In this document: positions 60,903 to 64,000 of the stretch, one piece after another | Layout: each line of letters begins with the position of its first letter | How positions within the stretch are numbered: the stretch's first letter is position 1 | Assembly: GCA_963586845.1 (NCBI GenBank) | Contig: CAVABN010000001.1 | Location: 15,584-79,583 of the forward strand | Direction of reading: 5' to 3' | Source of the DNA: Bifidobacteriaceae bacterium | Lineage (GTDB): Archaea; Thermoplasmatota; Thermoplasmata; Methanomassiliicoccales; Methanomethylophilaceae | Length of the DNA stretch: 64,000 nt | Position numbers and translations under genes: made by a program | The notes under the pieces: generated by a model | What the model saw: only the letters and a program-made list of their open reading frames with translations | Databases searched by the model: none | What the model was told of the DNA's origin: nothing

Positions 60903-62056
60903 TAGGGGTAGAACCCGCTCGTCCCCCAATAGGTGCTCTTGCCGAACTCCTTGGATCCCGTGGTGAGATATCCGACCGGCAGTTGGGAGTATATCGTCTC
61001 GACGGCGTAGAACGACGTCTCCGACAGCGGAGCCGAGCACGACCCCTCCACCGGGAGCGACACCGCCAGCTTCATGATGGTGCCGTGGATCCTGTCCAGC
61101 TGTTCCAACCTGGTCTTGGACGTCTCGACGAAACCGTCGACGTCCAGGGCCACGCCGGCGAACACGTGTCCGCTGATCCCTCCGACCGCGGTCTCGTATC
61201 CCGCCGCGGCGTACAGGGAGCACAGCAGGACCGCCGTATCCTCGCAGTCGCCGTATTGGATGCAGAGGGTCTCGAGCGGACAGGCCCAGTATTCGTCCAT
61301 GCCGTAGGTCCCGTAATCCTCGCCCTCCTTGCTGTCCTCCCCGGGGAGGTAGATGCTCGGAGGGTACGTGATCGCCACCTGGGGGAAGGATGCGATGAAA
61401 TCGGCGTACGCCTGTCTGTCGGAGACATCCCCTCCGATCCTCTCGAATTCCGACCTCAGGGACTTCTCCACGGAGATCACCGTGGGATCCACGTCCATCA
61501 GGCCGGGAAGGTCGCTGAACAGATGCTTCGTGAGGCTCTTGTCATCCGCGCAGTCCTGATTGTACGCTTTGCTGGCCTCCTTCTTCTGGATCAGCTCCGC
61601 CACGTCGATCTGATAAGTGACCGACACGGGATGCTTCGTCCCCGCGATGTCGTAATTCCACGAGGACGTCCTCTCGATGAATCCCGTGAACCCCACTTCG
61701 AACTCCAGCCCGTCCACCGAGATCCTGTAGTATCCCGGCTCCAGGACGATCGAGGAACCTGTCAGATCGTATCCTTCGTAGAGGGACCATGTTACCTTGC
61801 CCTCGGGCTTGACGTAATACGTCTCGAACAGATCGTAGACATGCCAGCTAGTCGTTCCGGTGTACGTTATCGTGCACGTCCCCTGGTCCACCGATATCCC
61901 CTCGGGATACCCGTCATCGGGCTCCGGCACGGGCGTGGGTTCGGGATCCGCATCCGGTTCTTCGGTGGTCCGGTCACCGTGACCCATGTTCGGCAGGACG
62001 ACGGCGCACAGGATTATCGCCACTATCGCCACGGCTATGAACGGGGCGGCCCTCAT
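60866..62056 (-). CDS. membrane-anchored transglutaminase-like cysteine protease-fold protein
   Basis: N-terminal TM helix, Pro/Glu/Asp linker, C-terminal YGDCEDTAVLLCSLYAAAGYETAV...GHVFAGV (Cys-His core). Confidence 0.75.
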   Translation of the reverse strand: MRAAPFIAVAIVAIILCAVVLPNMGHGDRTTEEPDADPEPTPVPEPDDGYPEGISVDQGTCTITYTGTTSWHVYDLFETYYVKPEGKVTWSLYEGYDLTGSSIVLEPGYYRISVDGLEFEVGFTGFIERTSSWNYDIAGTKHPVSVTYQIDVAELIQKKEASKAYNQDCADDKSLTKHLFSDLPGLMDVDPTVISVEKSLRSEFERIGGDVSDRQAYADFIASFPQVAITYPPSIYLPGEDSKEGEDYGTYGMDEYWACPLETLCIQYGDCEDTAVLLCSLYAAAGYETAVGGISGHVFAGVALDVDGFVETSKTRLEQLDRIHGTIMKLAVSLPVEGSCSAPLSETSFYAVETIYSQLPVGYLTTGSKEFGKSTYWGTSGFYPYQGAESGIQGSS

Positions 62057-62057
62057 C

Positions 62058-63182
62058 TCAGGAGGCCTCCGCCGATACCATGGACACGCGGTCGAGCTTC
62101 ATCACTTCGGAATACGAGGTCGTCCCCAAATACCCGACGGGCAGGAACGATGATGTCGTGGTCTCGCAGAAGAACAGATTCATCCCGGTCGAGGTCAGCG
62201 TCTTGCTCGTCAGCATGACCCCGCTCGGCACCTTGCGGGGGGAGAAATCCTTCAGAGCGACGGCCGCGACCATGTGGTCCGGTATCGTCGCCACGGCTGA
62301 ATCGAATCCCGCTGCGGCGAACAGCGCGGCCGTCAGGAAGCACGTGTCCTCGCAATCGCCGTACCCGCGGTGGATCGTCTCCAGCGGGTACGCCCAGTAT
62401 TCGGATTTCCCGTACAGGAACAGGTCGCCGTTCCCTCCGGTGTCGGTCTTCCTGTACTTGCCGTCGTCGTCCTGGGCTATCGTATCGGGGTACTCTATGC
62501 AGCATTGGACGAAGGACAGCAGATAATCCGCGTAGTCCTGCCCGTCCGTCAACGCCGCGGACCCGCGGACCGAGACGTACTCGGCCAGGAGGCGCTCCTG
62601 AAGGACCTTCACATCCGATACGACGGCGAACCTCGAATCCTCCAGCGAATCCGAGGAATGCCTGACGGCGTCGCCGTCATCGGCCCTGTTCAGATAATCG
62701 GAGAAACGGTACGTGTACGAGACGGAATACTCGTAGGCGACCGTCGAGGACACCGCCTGCTTCCATGCGAACGTCTTCGTGATGTCGCCGTCGAGGACCA
62801 TGGTCCCCGAACGGGCGAGATGGCCGTCGATGTACATCCTGACGGCGTACCTCCCGGGATCGCTGACCTTGAGGGTCGGACCTTCCGATACGATGTCGTC
62901 GTACCCGCGGACCTTGTAGACCCCGTCCTGCTCAGCGTAGTACGTGGATTCCAGGTCCTTGAGACGCCATTCAACGTTCGATGACCCGATGTAGGTGAGC
63001 GTCGCCGTCCCGGCGTACTCGTCCGCCTCGATTCCCTCGGACGCTATGGAACCCCTGATCGTGAGATCTCCCAGCGTGCGCTCGGTGACCCCGTCGCCCG
63101 TGTTCGAGTAGACCAGGGCCCCGGCCACCGATACGATGACCAGGAGCAGTATCACCAGAGGGGTCCGGAGGGAGCGTTCCAT
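62058..63182 (-). CDS. membrane-anchored transglutaminase-like protein (paralogue of 60866..62056)
   Basis: MERSLRTPLVILLLVIVSVAG anchor and YGDCEDTCFLTAALFAAAGFDSAV...DHMVAAV. The upstream part of track ORF 62058..63464 is spurious. Confidence 0.75.
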   Translation of the reverse strand: MERSLRTPLVILLLVIVSVAGALVYSNTGDGVTERTLGDLTIRGSIASEGIEADEYAGTATLTYIGSSNVEWRLKDLESTYYAEQDGVYKVRGYDDIVSEGPTLKVSDPGRYAVRMYIDGHLARSGTMVLDGDITKTFAWKQAVSSTVAYEYSVSYTYRFSDYLNRADDGDAVRHSSDSLEDSRFAVVSDVKVLQERLLAEYVSVRGSAALTDGQDYADYLLSFVQCCIEYPDTIAQDDDGKYRKTDTGGNGDLFLYGKSEYWAYPLETIHRGYGDCEDTCFLTAALFAAAGFDSAVATIPDHMVAAVALKDFSPRKVPSGVMLTSKTLTSTGMNLFFCETTTSSFLPVGYLGTTSYSEVMKLDRVSMVSAEAS

Positions 63183-63184
63183 GT

Positions 63185-63805
63185 TCAATCCTCTATGGAC
63201 CACTTGATGCGGACGGATTCCCTGAATTCCTCGTCCTCGGGTTCCAGGCCGGCGCATGCGGACATGCAGCGCATGCCGTTCCCGATCCCGCCGTAGGAGC
63301 CGTACGCTATCGACTCTATCTTCCCGAGGGAGACGCCGGCCGCCTTCGCGATCTGCTCCGCCGAACGCCTGGCGTCCTCCACGGCGAGCCTCCTCGCCTC
63401 GGATTGCGGCACCGACGGATCGGATACCTCGTATATCACGTCGAATTCGGGTGCGCCCTCGCATCCCGTCAAAGCGTCCATGAGCCTCCCGACGCAGTCG
63501 TCGGCGAGATCCGCGGTCATGGACACCTCGTAGGAGTACTCGAAGCAGTCGAAGACCTTCGTCTTCGTCCCCTTCCTCTCCTTCTCCGCATAGACGGCCC
63601 TGACGGACATCCCGGACGACCTCAGGTCGTCCATGTCGAACCCCGCCTCGCCGACGGCCTTCTTCAGGGACCTCACGGCTTTATCGGAGGCTTCCAGCGC
63701 CTCCGCGTACCTCCCGCACCTGCCGCTCAGCGTCCCGCTGAACACGACCCTGTCCGGCTTCGCGTATGCGACGCCGGCACCGCTGACCTTGATGACTCTG
63801 CCCAT
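63185..63805 (-). CDS. SIMPL (DUF541)-domain protein
   Basis: RVIKVSGAGVAYAKPDRVVFSGTL... pattern. GGGAGG lies 5 nt before ATG 63803-63805. Confidence 0.7.
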   Translation of the reverse strand: MGRVIKVSGAGVAYAKPDRVVFSGTLSGRCGRYAEALEASDKAVRSLKKAVGEAGFDMDDLRSSGMSVRAVYAEKERKGTKTKVFDCFEYSYEVSMTADLADDCVGRLMDALTGCEGAPEFDVIYEVSDPSVPQSEARRLAVEDARRSAEQIAKAAGVSLGKIESIAYGSYGGIGNGMRCMSACAGLEPEDEEFRESVRIKWSIED

Positions 63806-63919
63806 GTTGGCCTCCCATCTTCCGATTACCCACCCCAAACCCTTCTTGACTATTATAGTGGAGCGGGGGAAGCTCGGAACCCGCGCAACGCTTATACCGA
63901 CGGCGACGATGGATGCGCG

Positions 63920-64000
63920 ATGACCCTGATCGGGGAGCTCGGAGAGAGACAGCTCATAGAGGATTTCGGCACGTTCATCCGCAAGGAGGGGACGGTCGGA
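63920..64000 (+). CDS. AIR-synthase-related protein, ThiL-like N-terminus (partial)
   Basis: MTLIGELGERQLIEDFGTFI... resembles the thiamine-monophosphate kinase N-terminus. Only 27 codons are inside the window. Confidence 0.4.
   Translation, partial: MTLIGELGERQLIEDFGTFIRKEGTVG

Noticed and set aside
54935-62218. ORFs 54935..57628 (-, 897 aa), 57581..60037 upstream part, 60323..62218 (+, 631 aa)
   Set aside because: They are shadows of the GNAT, antiporter, deaminase and transglutaminase-like genes. In 57581..60037 only the last 339 aa (from ATG 59018) form the real methyltransferase.

Overview
This 64-kb, GC-rich, very tightly packed archaeal window is dominated by housekeeping genes. Gene content suggests a methyl-reducing methanogen of the Thermoplasmata/Methanomassiliicoccales type: an hdrA-mvhDGA operon, an MT2 methylcobamide:CoM methyltransferase, and 16S genes with no linked 23S, 5S or spacer tRNA. 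This taxonomic call is an inference and was not checked against any database.

Recognisable blocks:
- the S12-S7-aEF2-aEF1alpha cluster
- pyrG
- aIF2beta plus a MiaB-like methylthiotransferase
- the archaeal exosome superoperon (Pop5-PsmA-SBDS-Rrp4-Rrp41-Rrp42-L37Ae-RpoP-Pcc1-PfdB)
- L44e-S27e-aIF2alpha-Nop10
- copZA, TyrRS and Dph6
- three tRNAs with encoded CCA (Gln; Ser; Tyr with an intron)

Many long ORFs in the track are codon-aligned antisense shadows of real genes. Several listed ORFs are real genes with spurious upstream extensions.

Most notable observations:
1. A 1,918-bp direct repeat, identical at every stretch compared, duplicates a complete orphan 16S gene on both sides of a flavodoxin/TetR cassette.
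2. The TetR gene carries in-frame TAG codon(s), in a window where about 54 of 61 genes stop at TGA. It is either a pyrrolysine/read-through candidate or a fresh pseudogene.
3. A convergent membrane-protein/thioesterase pair has neither gene reaching a stop codon before running through the whole partner gene.
4. A 1,245-aa HRDC / Upf1-like helicase / restriction-endonuclease-fold protein.
5. A double-module 1,007-aa HdrA, and an MvhG with a Lys/Ala/Pro-rich N-terminal extension.
6. A compositionally foreign Fic gene with repeated operator-like motifs.

I did not see a clear multi-gene novel system. All start codons are judged by eye.
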